A stretch of DNA of 64,000 bases from Bryobacterales bacterium (GTDB lineage: Bacteria > Acidobacteriota > Terriglobia > Bryobacterales > Bryobacteraceae): the NCBI GenBank assembly GCA_026129915.1, contig JAHCHD010000002.1, positions 5,713-69,712 of the forward strand, read 5' to 3'. Shown piece after piece: positions 27,940-35,185 of this stretch; the first letter of the stretch is position 1; each line of letters starts with the position of its first letter. The notes below the pieces were generated by a model. That model made no database searches. It was not told the origin of the DNA and saw only the letters and a list, made by a program, of their open reading frames with translations. Made by a program: the position numbers and the translations under genes.

Positions 27940-29634
27940 GTTTTCAGGCGGATTGTCGGCTTCCGCAAGGGTTCGTATTAGGCCGTCTGCGTTTGGGCGC
28001 GCGTGATCGCGAAGTAGCGTTGCAGGTTGTAGGTGAGGACGGGCCAGATGGCTTCCACGGCCACGCGTTTCAGGCCGCGCGACCGCACCCTCGCCCAGTT
28101 CAGCTTCGTCTTGATCCACGCATTGGGGAACTCCGCAATCGGAGCCCGTGTCTTGTAGATCGCCTTGGCTTCGTCGGTTTCCATGCGTGCCAGGAACGCG
28201 TCCACGCGGTCATCTTCCAGCCGGATGCTCACCGCGCGGCCGTGCTTTTCCATCTTGTTGTTGGGCGTGCAGAGCTTCCGCTTTTTGCATGCCTGGCAGT
28301 CTTCGCGGGCGGCTGCGTAAACGTGAATGGCGCCGTTGCCTTCGGCCGCACTGACGCGAATCTCAACCAGCCGTCTGCCCATCGGGCAGATCACTTCGTT
28401 GGTCGTTTCGTCCCACTCAAATTCACTCGGAGCAAACTGCGGATCGATGCCCCTGCCGGGCTTGTTCTCGGTCGTCTCGCCCCAGGAGCCGATGAACGCG
28501 ACGCCCTTATCGGCGGCCTCCATGATCGACTTGCGGTTCGTGTAATCGCCATCGGCAATGATCTCGCCGGGCAGCTTGCCGGTGGTTGCTTCGACGCGTT
28601 CGATGGCGGGCGCCAGGTGCGCTGCGTCGGAGGGTTGCGTGCTCACCGCCACGTCCACAATCAGGCCGTTGGCCGCGTCGGTGACCAGTTGCACGTTGTA
28701 GGCCGGCGCGAGGCCGTGATCGCTGGTCTTCATGAAATGCGCGTCAGGATCGGTGCGTGAAACGCTCGGTTCCTTCTCCTTCTCCCATTTCTTGTTGGCG
28801 GCCAATTCCGCTGCCTCTTCGAGCGCTTCCTTCACCCGTTCGGAACGCTCGCGCGCGGCCCGTTTGCGTGCCGCCTTCTGCCGCGCGTTCAACTCCTGCC
28901 GCGCCTGGTCGGCCTCAATCGCGGCCACGTGCTTGGCAACTTCGTCCTGGTAAGCGCGCAGTTTGGCCGGCTTGCTGAAGGTCTTCTTGTTAACGTGCGC
29001 CCGCACCTTGGTGCCGTCCACCGTCACACGTTCCAGCGTGATGAGATCCTTCATCATCAGCACCGTGAGCACCTGCTGGAAGAGCTCCTTCATGGCCTCG
29101 GCGTGCTCGACCCGGAAGTCGCTCAGCGTGTGGTGATTGACCTTCTGCAACCCGGTCAGCCACTGAAAGCCGGGCTCCCAGTCGCACTGCCGCTCGACCT
29201 CGCGCGCCGAAGAGAGGCCCCGCGCATAGGCGTAAATCCACATACAGATGAGCAGCCGCGGCGACCACGAATCGCGGCCCGCGCCGCCCACCTTCACCTG
29301 GACCTTGCCTTCGAAGCGGCTCAGATCCAGCCCGCCGACGAACTCCCAGATCGCCCGTGCCGGATGCGACTCATCGAGCATGCGCTCCAGATCGACGAGC
29401 ATCCAGGTGGGCTGATTGCGCTCAATGTGACGGAAGCGCAGCGGGGCGTTGGGCGCCGGGCGCGCCTTGCGGCGGGAGGAGGGAGTGGGCACGGAATCGG
29501 GATCGGGAAACACCTCAGCCGCCGCGAAGAGGGGCTCGATATCCGGAATCGGATTCATAGATCCATTATACCACAATAGCCCTAAACTCGATCAAGATTA
29601 CTGTGATTATTTAGCGGAATATTTTCACATCTTC
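27940..29634 (-). mobile_element. IS1182-family insertion sequence (ends approximate)
   Basis: The single transposase ORF fills the element. I could not identify terminal inverted repeats or target duplications by eye, so the boundaries are guesses. Confidence 0.45.
27978..29576 (-). CDS. IS1182-family (IS5-like) DDE transposase
   Basis: 532 aa. It has an InsH-type N-terminal domain, a central charged coiled region, a DDE domain, and Cys pairs (ICPMG.. and CQACKKRKLC) typical of IS1182 transposases. The start is TTG 29576 or ATG 29558. Confidence 0.85.
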   Translation of the reverse strand: MWYNGSMNPIPDIEPLFAAAEVFPDPDSVPTPSSRRKARPAPNAPLRFRHIERNQPTWMLVDLERMLDESHPARAIWEFVGGLDLSRFEGKVQVKVGGAGRDSWSPRLLICMWIYAYARGLSSAREVERQCDWEPGFQWLTGLQKVNHHTLSDFRVEHAEAMKELFQQVLTVLMMKDLITLERVTVDGTKVRAHVNKKTFSKPAKLRAYQDEVAKHVAAIEADQARQELNARQKAARKRAARERSERVKEALEEAAELAANKKWEKEKEPSVSRTDPDAHFMKTSDHGLAPAYNVQLVTDAANGLIVDVAVSTQPSDAAHLAPAIERVEATTGKLPGEIIADGDYTNRKSIMEAADKGVAFIGSWGETTENKPGRGIDPQFAPSEFEWDETTNEVICPMGRRLVEIRVSAAEGNGAIHVYAAAREDCQACKKRKLCTPNNKMEKHGRAVSIRLEDDRVDAFLARMETDEAKAIYKTRAPIAEFPNAWIKTKLNWARVRSRGLKRVAVEAIWPVLTYNLQRYFAITRAQTQTA

Positions 29635-29650
29635 CAGCCTCCGTGTTTCC
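29635..29650 (-). repeat. 16-nt REP-like motif ggaaacacggaggctg (reverse orientation), 3' flank of the RAYT gene
   Basis: It is the exact reverse complement of 30433-30448. It lies next to the tandem tttccggg x2. Confidence 0.7.
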
Positions 29651-29661
29651 GGGTTTCCGGG

Positions 29662-30384
29662 TCACGGACTCGTCGCTGCACTGGCTTGTCCGGAGGCATC
29701 GTTGCCATCCGGTGTGCGCGCCGATGGACGGCCACCTTTCGATGGTCGCAAACTCCTGCCGAGCCTCGCTTCCAGTTCGTCAATGAAGTCCTCGCTCCCC
29801 ACCGGTCGCCCTGATGCAAGTGCGTGCCGGATCCGCTCCAATTGCCCGTGATTGCGGAAACCCACTTCCAGAATGTCGGCCCATTGCGTGCTCGTATGAC
29901 TGTACGCCCACGGAGCCGGATTCAGCCAGGCGGGAAAGGGATCCAGGCCCGCATGCGACCGTGCGCTCGACCACGGGTAGTCCACCGCGCTGTCGACCAT
30001 TCCCGCTCGCACTGGGTTAAGTTCCGTGTACAGAAGGGCTTGCCAGGTATGCACATAGTCCAGCGGAGCCGAATGAAAACGGTTTTGGAACAGGTGTCCG
30101 GTTTGGCGACGACGGATCTGCAGCCAGCGGCTGTACTCCTGATGGACGCGACCGATGCCCAGCGCGAGGGATTCGGGCCTGCGCGGAATCACCACCAAAT
30201 GCACATGGTTCGCCATCAAGCAGTGCCCGACCAGGTCGACTCGCTGCTCTGTGAAGTGGGTGGACAGCAATTCCAGATAAAGGTGCCGGTCCTGATTCGA
30301 GTAGAAGATCGGGGCACGGTGATTGCCCCTCTGAGTGACATGGTGCGGAACATCCACGGCGACAATTCTGGCAATGCGTGGCAC
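29662..30384 (-). CDS. IS200-like Y1 (HUH) transposase, REP-associated tyrosine transposase (RAYT)-like
   Basis: Motifs are HHVTQRGN, the HUH motif MANHVHLVV, GHLFQNRFHS, and the Tyr-helix YTELNPVRAGMV. GTG start at 30384. Confidence 0.85.
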   Translation of the reverse strand: MPRIARIVAVDVPHHVTQRGNHRAPIFYSNQDRHLYLELLSTHFTEQRVDLVGHCLMANHVHLVVIPRRPESLALGIGRVHQEYSRWLQIRRRQTGHLFQNRFHSAPLDYVHTWQALLYTELNPVRAGMVDSAVDYPWSSARSHAGLDPFPAWLNPAPWAYSHTSTQWADILEVGFRNHGQLERIRHALASGRPVGSEDFIDELEARLGRSLRPSKGGRPSARTPDGNDASGQASAATSP

Positions 30385-30432
30385 ACGACCCTATGGTCAG
30401 CCGAGGAACAGAAAGTTCTCCGCAAAAAACCA

Positions 30433-30448
30433 GGAAACACGGAGGCTG
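30433..30448 (+). repeat. 16-nt REP-like motif ggaaacacggaggctg, 5' flank of the RAYT gene
   Basis: This exact copy extends to a 19-mer, ccaggaaacacggaggctg (30430-30448), which is identical to 33663-33681. Confidence 0.7.
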
Positions 30449-30450
30449 TC

Positions 30451-30510
30451 CCGGCTGGTTCCGGCTGGTTCCGGCTGGTTCAGGTGGGTTGGTTCAGGTT
30501 GGTTCAAGGT
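30451..30510 (+). repeat. Decamer tandem repeat (ccggctggtt x3, then degenerate units)
   Basis: The sequence is ccggctggtt ccggctggtt ccggctggtt caggtgggtt ggttcaggtt ggttcaaggt, read directly. Related ggctggtt units surround the copy at 33643-33690. Confidence 0.8.
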
Positions 30511-30529
30511 CCAAGCGCGGTATCCGCGT

Positions 30530-31213
30530 TCAGACCTGGGCTTCGGATTCCGCCAAGTTTGCCCCGGCGGCATCCTGCAAGTCTTCACCGAGCTTGTCCC
30601 GCAGGAACAACGATTCGGCTAGCCGGGATGGATGGACTTCCTCACCCAAGCCAAAGAAGCGGCAGAAACTCATCAATAGCGGACGCCAGCGCAATGGATC
30701 AATATGCGGCTTCGGTCCAGACGTGTTCAGCAGATTCTGTTCCACATGCAGTTTCACCACTTCAATCTCAAACAGAATCCCGTCGACATCCTTGCCAAAC
30801 GAAAGCGACTGCCTGAGGATGCCCTCCATCTGCACCGGGCACTCGGCAACCCGCGGGGGCCGAACCACCTCGGATGTCTGCGGCGAAAGGCCGGCGAGCC
30901 CGAATTTGTCGTGCTCCCAGCGGTAGCCCCAACCGCGCTTGAGCTCGGGCACCGGGTTTCGTCCCGTCGTCATCGCCAGACGGTCCACGTGGGAGACCAG
31001 CTGTTCGGACGGCAGGTTGATGACGCATTCGCCTGATCGCAAGAGATTCCCAGCGGTTTGGGAGAGTGCGCCAAGCCCCAGAATGCAAGTCCAGCCAAGC
31101 CACCACGCCGACGACATCGGCGCAAGATTCGCCGAACCGTCCTGATTGAGCGTGCTGAGGAGAACAACCGGGGTACCGAAGTAGAGGATGGTGGGGTCAA
31201 TCGTGCGGTGCAT
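30530..31213 (-). CDS. Flavin reductase-like (FMN-binding split-barrel) protein
   Basis: The motif PVVLLSTLNQDGSANLAPMSSAWWLG is typical of the flavin reductase domain. Confidence 0.75.
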   Translation of the reverse strand: MHRTIDPTILYFGTPVVLLSTLNQDGSANLAPMSSAWWLGWTCILGLGALSQTAGNLLRSGECVINLPSEQLVSHVDRLAMTTGRNPVPELKRGWGYRWEHDKFGLAGLSPQTSEVVRPPRVAECPVQMEGILRQSLSFGKDVDGILFEIEVVKLHVEQNLLNTSGPKPHIDPLRWRPLLMSFCRFFGLGEEVHPSRLAESLFLRDKLGEDLQDAAGANLAESEAQV

Positions 31214-31291
31214 GTCCTGACGATAGCGACCTTCAGGCTCTGCCAGCTATCCGGTTTCGGCCGCCGCGTTGTGACATTGGGTGCTGATACA

Positions 31292-31329
31292 GAAATTTGG
31301 AAATTTGGAAATTTAGATTTGGAAATTTG
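31292..31329. repeat. Octamer tandem repeat gaaatttg (4 full units plus 1 short unit) in a divergent promoter region
   Basis: The units gaaatttg gaaatttg gaaattta gatttg gaaatttg lie between the flavin-reductase start (31213) and the ECF sigma gene. Confidence 0.8.
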
Positions 31330-31521
31330 AGTTGCTTCTTAGACTCCATACATGAATTCTCAGCCTCGTCTAGCACAGGATTCTATATGTGTAAACGAGA
31401 ATCACCGTCGCGAGAATCAGAGTCAGGGGTTTCGGCTACAGGACAGGATTCCACGGAAAAATGCGCGCCACCCCCACTTTCTGCGTTCGCTTGGGGATCT
31501 TGCTTCGTATCCTTCGTAGAC

Positions 31522-32079
31522 ATGGCGGTGACGGGCCAGCAAATTTCTTTCGAATCCGCGGCGGGCGATAGCAATCGGCCCGGGGCGGGACTCGATTTCG
31601 AGGTTTTGCTGCGGCGTTACCAGTCCATGGTGTTTAGCTGTGTCCTGCATCACCTGGGCGATGCCGGCGTTGCCGAGGAAGTAGCGCAGGATGTGTTCCT
31701 GCGGCTGCATGCGGAGTTACCGCGCATCCAGAGCGAGGCGCACGCCGTGTCCTGGCTCCGCCGCGTTGCGGTCCATCGCGCGATTGATGCGTCGCGCTCG
31801 GGACACTTTCGGCGCACCGTTCATCTGGAAGGTGCAGTGGAGGCATCGCAGGCTGCGTCGCCGCCCGATGTCCTGATGCAGCGCGCGCTCCGGCGCTTGC
31901 TGGCGACGCTGCCGGATGCGCAGCGCATGGCGCTGATATTGCGGTACCAGGAGGATCTGGAGCCGGCCGAGATTGCCGGGGTCCTTGGTGCGCCGGTGGC
32001 TACCGTGAAGAGTCATCTGCGGCGTGGCCTTGCCATGCTGCGCGAGAAAACACAAACGCTTTGGGATAAGCAGCCATGA
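31522..32079 (+). CDS. ECF (sigma-70 family, group 4) sigma factor
   Basis: Region 2 is FEVLLRRYQSMVFSCVLHHLGD..AEEVAQDVFLRLH. Region 4 is LPDAQRMALILRYQEDLEPAEIAGVLGAPVATVKSHLRRG. I chose ATG 31522; the track opens at TTG 31297 inside the repeat. Confidence 0.85.
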   Translation: MAVTGQQISFESAAGDSNRPGAGLDFEVLLRRYQSMVFSCVLHHLGDAGVAEEVAQDVFLRLHAELPRIQSEAHAVSWLRRVAVHRAIDASRSGHFRRTVHLEGAVEASQAASPPDVLMQRALRRLLATLPDAQRMALILRYQEDLEPAEIAGVLGAPVATVKSHLRRGLAMLREKTQTLWDKQP

Positions 32080-32483
32080 GCGACGAACTGGAACAGCAGC
32101 TACGCCACGCTTTGCGGCGCCAGCAGCCCCCGCCCGGCTTCGCCGAACGGGTGCTCGCCGCCGCGGCACACCAGGCTGCGGCACGGGAAGAGACGGCGTT
32201 GCCATCTGAGCGTCTCTCGTGGTGGCTGCGGCTTTGGGCTGCTCCGCGATGGGCGCACGCCTTGGTGGCCGCGGTCCTGGTGCTAGTGCTTGCAGGCGCC
32301 TGGCTGCAAGTGCAACAAGCTCGTTCCGAAGCGCTTGCCCGTCAAGAACATGCCACCCGGCAGGTGCTGTTTGCGCTCCGGCTGGCCAGCAAAAAAACCG
32401 CCCCCGCTCGCGAAGCTCTTCGCCACCTGGGCATTCTGTCCGAATCGCCGGCGCCGGCAAGCGAGCCCGTCCAGTCCAATTGA
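32076..32483 (+). CDS. Putative anti-sigma factor (single-pass membrane protein)
   Basis: An ATGA overlap joins it to the sigma gene. A short cytoplasmic N-terminus is followed by the TM segment WAHALVAAVLVLVLAGAWL. Confidence 0.6.
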   Translation: MSDELEQQLRHALRRQQPPPGFAERVLAAAAHQAAAREETALPSERLSWWLRLWAAPRWAHALVAAVLVLVLAGAWLQVQQARSEALARQEHATRQVLFALRLASKKTAPAREALRHLGILSESPAPASEPVQSN

Positions 32484-32499
32484 AAGAGGAAGCGAAATC

Positions 32500-33057
32500 A
32501 TGTTTATTCGTATGTTTTTGTTGCTGACCGTGAGTGTGGTGTTCACGTTCGCTCAGCAGTTGCGTCTTCCGGCTGAACTGGAGAAACAACTCCGTGAGCA
32601 GGCCGAAGAAGTCGCTGAGGTTGATCTCGATCAGTCGATGCTGGGACTGGCGCGCCAGATGCTCTCTTCCAAGGACGCCGGGCAGGCAAAGGCCAAACAG
32701 GTGATTGAACGGCTGAAGGGCGTTTACGTCCGTGTGTATGAGTTCGCCGGCGACAACGCCTACAACCCCGCGCAACTTGAACCGCTCCGTGCACAGCTTG
32801 CGCAAGGCGCCTGGAAGAAGCTGGTGAATGTCCGCAATACCAAGAGCGGTGAACACGTGGAAGTTTATCTGAGGATGGAGAACAACGCGCCCGCCGGGCT
32901 GGCTGTGATCGCTGCCGCGGCCCGTGAATTGGCGATTGTCCACCTGGATGGCCCCATCAACCTCCAGGACCTGGGCGAGCTGGGCGGCAGCTTCGGCATC
33001 CCCAAGCTGGGTGCCGGGGCGGTAGAGTCCTCCGTCAATGCCAAGGAGGAGGAATAG
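32500..33057 (+). CDS. Secreted DUF4252-like protein (ECF operon accessory)
   Basis: ATG 32500 follows GAAAGAGGAAG. The signal peptide is MFIRMFLLLTVSVVFTFAQQ. The LKGVYVRVYEF-type pattern and the ECF context support the call. Confidence 0.6.
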   Translation: MFIRMFLLLTVSVVFTFAQQLRLPAELEKQLREQAEEVAEVDLDQSMLGLARQMLSSKDAGQAKAKQVIERLKGVYVRVYEFAGDNAYNPAQLEPLRAQLAQGAWKKLVNVRNTKSGEHVEVYLRMENNAPAGLAVIAAAARELAIVHLDGPINLQDLGELGGSFGIPKLGAGAVESSVNAKEEE

Positions 33058-33059
33058 CT

Positions 33060-33557
33060 ATGTTTCGCGACGCCGGCTTCGTGGTTCCCTTCGCGGTCCT
33101 CCTGCTGGTGGGGATGGCGCAACCGGGAATGGCAGCTTCCGCGTTCGACCGGCTGGTGAATGCGCTGGAGGATAAACTCGGCGTGGAACGGGAGCGTATC
33201 CCCGCAGGATGGCTGGTGAACACCGTGCTTTTCGTCGCCCGCCCGGCGGGAGTCAAGCACTTGGAGATTGCCACCTACCCGGACGTCCGGCTTCGGAATG
33301 AGGATCTCGCCGGCGCCTTTCAGCATGCCGTCGGCGACCTACTCGAAGCCGGCTGGCACCAATGGGTATGGACGCGCTCCAACCGAGGCGGCGAGTGGAC
33401 CACGATGTACGTGAAGCCTGCCGGCAGGAACTGGGAGATCCTCCTGGCGACGGTGCAGCACGATGAAGCCAAGGTGATTCGGATGAAAGTGGATGCCAAG
33501 ACCATGGCGCGCTACTTGCAGGATCACCATTCGGTAGACCGGCCCAACGGCGACTGA
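33060..33557 (+). CDS. Secreted hypothetical protein (second ECF-operon accessory)
   Basis: A signal peptide ends in PGMAAS. The gene is tightly spaced after the previous one. Confidence 0.55.
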   Translation: MFRDAGFVVPFAVLLLVGMAQPGMAASAFDRLVNALEDKLGVERERIPAGWLVNTVLFVARPAGVKHLEIATYPDVRLRNEDLAGAFQHAVGDLLEAGWHQWVWTRSNRGGEWTTMYVKPAGRNWEILLATVQHDEAKVIRMKVDAKTMARYLQDHHSVDRPNGD

Positions 33558-33665
33558 ATGGGAGGAATCTGAGGGGGTTTGGGGGCCCAGACCTGTCCCG
33601 CATTTCTGTGTCTCAAGCTTGGGGTCCAGCCCAGCTGTCCGGGGCTGGTTCGGAGGCTGGTTCCA

Positions 33666-33681
33666 GGAAACACGGAGGCTG
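33666..33681 (+). repeat. Third copy of the 16-nt REP-like motif ggaaacacggaggctg
   Basis: This is an exact copy, and the 19-mer 33663-33681 is identical to 30430-30448. It is intergenic, between convergent genes. Confidence 0.7.
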
Positions 33682-33756
33682 GTTCCAGAAGTATCGCTAC
33701 GAGTAGGCGCCGCCGGGCGCAACACCGCCAGGCCGCTCCGTGGCACTCGGGAGTTG

Positions 33757-34392
33757 CTATCCCGTGGTGATTCGCACATTGCGGAACCGGACCACGTGAT
33801 CGTGCGGCTGTGCGCCATGCATCTGGAAGCCGATAGCGCCCTTCGCGGCGGGCAGTCCCGTGTAGTCGTTCACCTGCTGGCCGTCCACGTGCACTGTCAC
33901 GCGGTTGCCCGCGCACTGGATGCGGTAGCCGTTCCAGCGTTCCTCGCCGCCCACCACCTTCGCGCACTGGCTGCGGTTGTAGACGGAACCGGTCAGGTTC
34001 TTGGGGTCGTTGTAGTCAATCTGGATCTCCACGCCGTCGGTGGGCCGCTGGCCCGGGCGCGCATCGCCGCGCGGCCCAAACTCCCTCCAGGGCTGGCGAA
34101 TGAAGATGCCGCTGTTGCCGCCGCGCGACACCCAGAAGTCCAGTTCCAGCGTGAAGTCGCCGAACTCCTCCTCGGTGAACAGATACCCCGGCCCGCCCTT
34201 CTCCGGATGCGAGCGGCACACGATCGCGCCGTCCTCGATGGTCCACAGGCCAATGGCGGTCTGTTTCCATCCCGCGAAATCCTTGCCGTTAAACAGCGGC
34301 CGCGCATGCGCGCGAGGCGCAGCCACTGCGGCTGCCACAACACCCATCCAACCCCGGCGCGTCAACACGATGGCATTTACTCCCCTGCACAT
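33757..34392 (-). CDS. DUF1080 (3-keto-disaccharide hydrolase-like, concanavalin-type) protein with Tat-like signal
   Basis: Motifs are LFNGKDFAGWK, WTIEDGAIV, GYLFTEEEFGDFTLELDFW, GNSGIFIR and VRFRNVRI. The N-terminus is TRRGWMGVVAAAVAAPRAHA. Confidence 0.8.
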   Translation of the reverse strand: MCRGVNAIVLTRRGWMGVVAAAVAAPRAHARPLFNGKDFAGWKQTAIGLWTIEDGAIVCRSHPEKGGPGYLFTEEEFGDFTLELDFWVSRGGNSGIFIRQPWREFGPRGDARPGQRPTDGVEIQIDYNDPKNLTGSVYNRSQCAKVVGGEERWNGYRIQCAGNRVTVHVDGQQVNDYTGLPAAKGAIGFQMHGAQPHDHVVRFRNVRITTG

Positions 34393-34460
34393 GGAAATGG
34401 GGCGGGCACCGCGCCCGCCCGTTGAGCCCTCATGCTATCACCGTTGCTCGCCGCAATTAG

Positions 34461-35108
34461 CTACACGCAGCCTGCCATCCGGAGGCGGCGCCAGACAACG
34501 GAGGCCAGCAATCCCAGGCCTGACAGCAGCACCGTGGACGGTTCCGGCACGGCGCTGCCCGCGGTGTCTGGAATGCCATCGCCGTATTCCACGATGTAGC
34601 CATAACCCAGGTTGCCGACGTTGGCGATCCAAGCTCCTGTCGACGGGGCAGGTCCACCAAGTAACAACTGGACGTAGTCATAGTCCTCGAATCCGGGTCC
34701 ACCGAGAGGTTGTCCAGGGAGCCAGGGAGCAAAGCCGATAGGATCTCCTGCTTCGGGCCCACCCACCCACACGAAACTGCCCTCGGTTACCGTATCGGTG
34801 GCACCAATGTACATCGTGGCTCCGCCAGAAGCGAAGAGAAATGGACCAAGGTGATTCACAATGAACGCCTGCTCGTCTGCCGAGGTAATGGTTGCCAGAT
34901 AGCCCGTTAGCCCCAGATGCGTGCTCGCCTCCGCAGCCGCTTTCGATCCGTCAAAAGTAACGGGTGCGAAAGTCGAGATTGCCGGCACATACTCATACCA
35001 GTTGTCATTGCCCCCATCCTCGGCCTTCCATTGGATGGGCGCTGCCTGCAAGGCTACGGCCAGCACCAGTCCCAGGGCGCTGCGCAGCATCAGCCGAATC
35101 AAAACCAT
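34461..35108 (-). CDS. PEP-CTERM-anchored C-type-lectin-domain protein
   Basis: ATG 35108 gives a signal peptide. The lectin motifs are GYLATITSADEQAFI and MYIGATDTVTEGSFVWVGG. The C-terminus VPEPSTVLLSGLGLLASVVWRRL is a PEP-CTERM sorting signal. Confidence 0.85.
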   Translation of the reverse strand: MVLIRLMLRSALGLVLAVALQAAPIQWKAEDGGNDNWYEYVPAISTFAPVTFDGSKAAAEASTHLGLTGYLATITSADEQAFIVNHLGPFLFASGGATMYIGATDTVTEGSFVWVGGPEAGDPIGFAPWLPGQPLGGPGFEDYDYVQLLLGGPAPSTGAWIANVGNLGYGYIVEYGDGIPDTAGSAVPEPSTVLLSGLGLLASVVWRRLRMAGCV

Positions 35109-35185
35109 ACGTCGTATCCTCCAGTCCTGAATCGCCACGCATCTGGTGGCTCTCCCGGACTTGCGACGTTGCCGCAAAAACTGCC

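Noticed and set aside
27900-27977. Attempt to define terminal inverted repeats of the IS1182 element by comparing 27900-27977 with the reverse complement of 29577-29634.
   Set aside because: Only scattered short matches appeared (for example gaag..ttttca). Nothing was convincing, so the element ends are left approximate.
30451-30510. Tandem repeats considered as a possible CRISPR array.
   Set aside because: The units are 10 nt, contiguous and spacer-less, and there are no cas genes. This is a simple tandem repeat associated with the REP-like motif.
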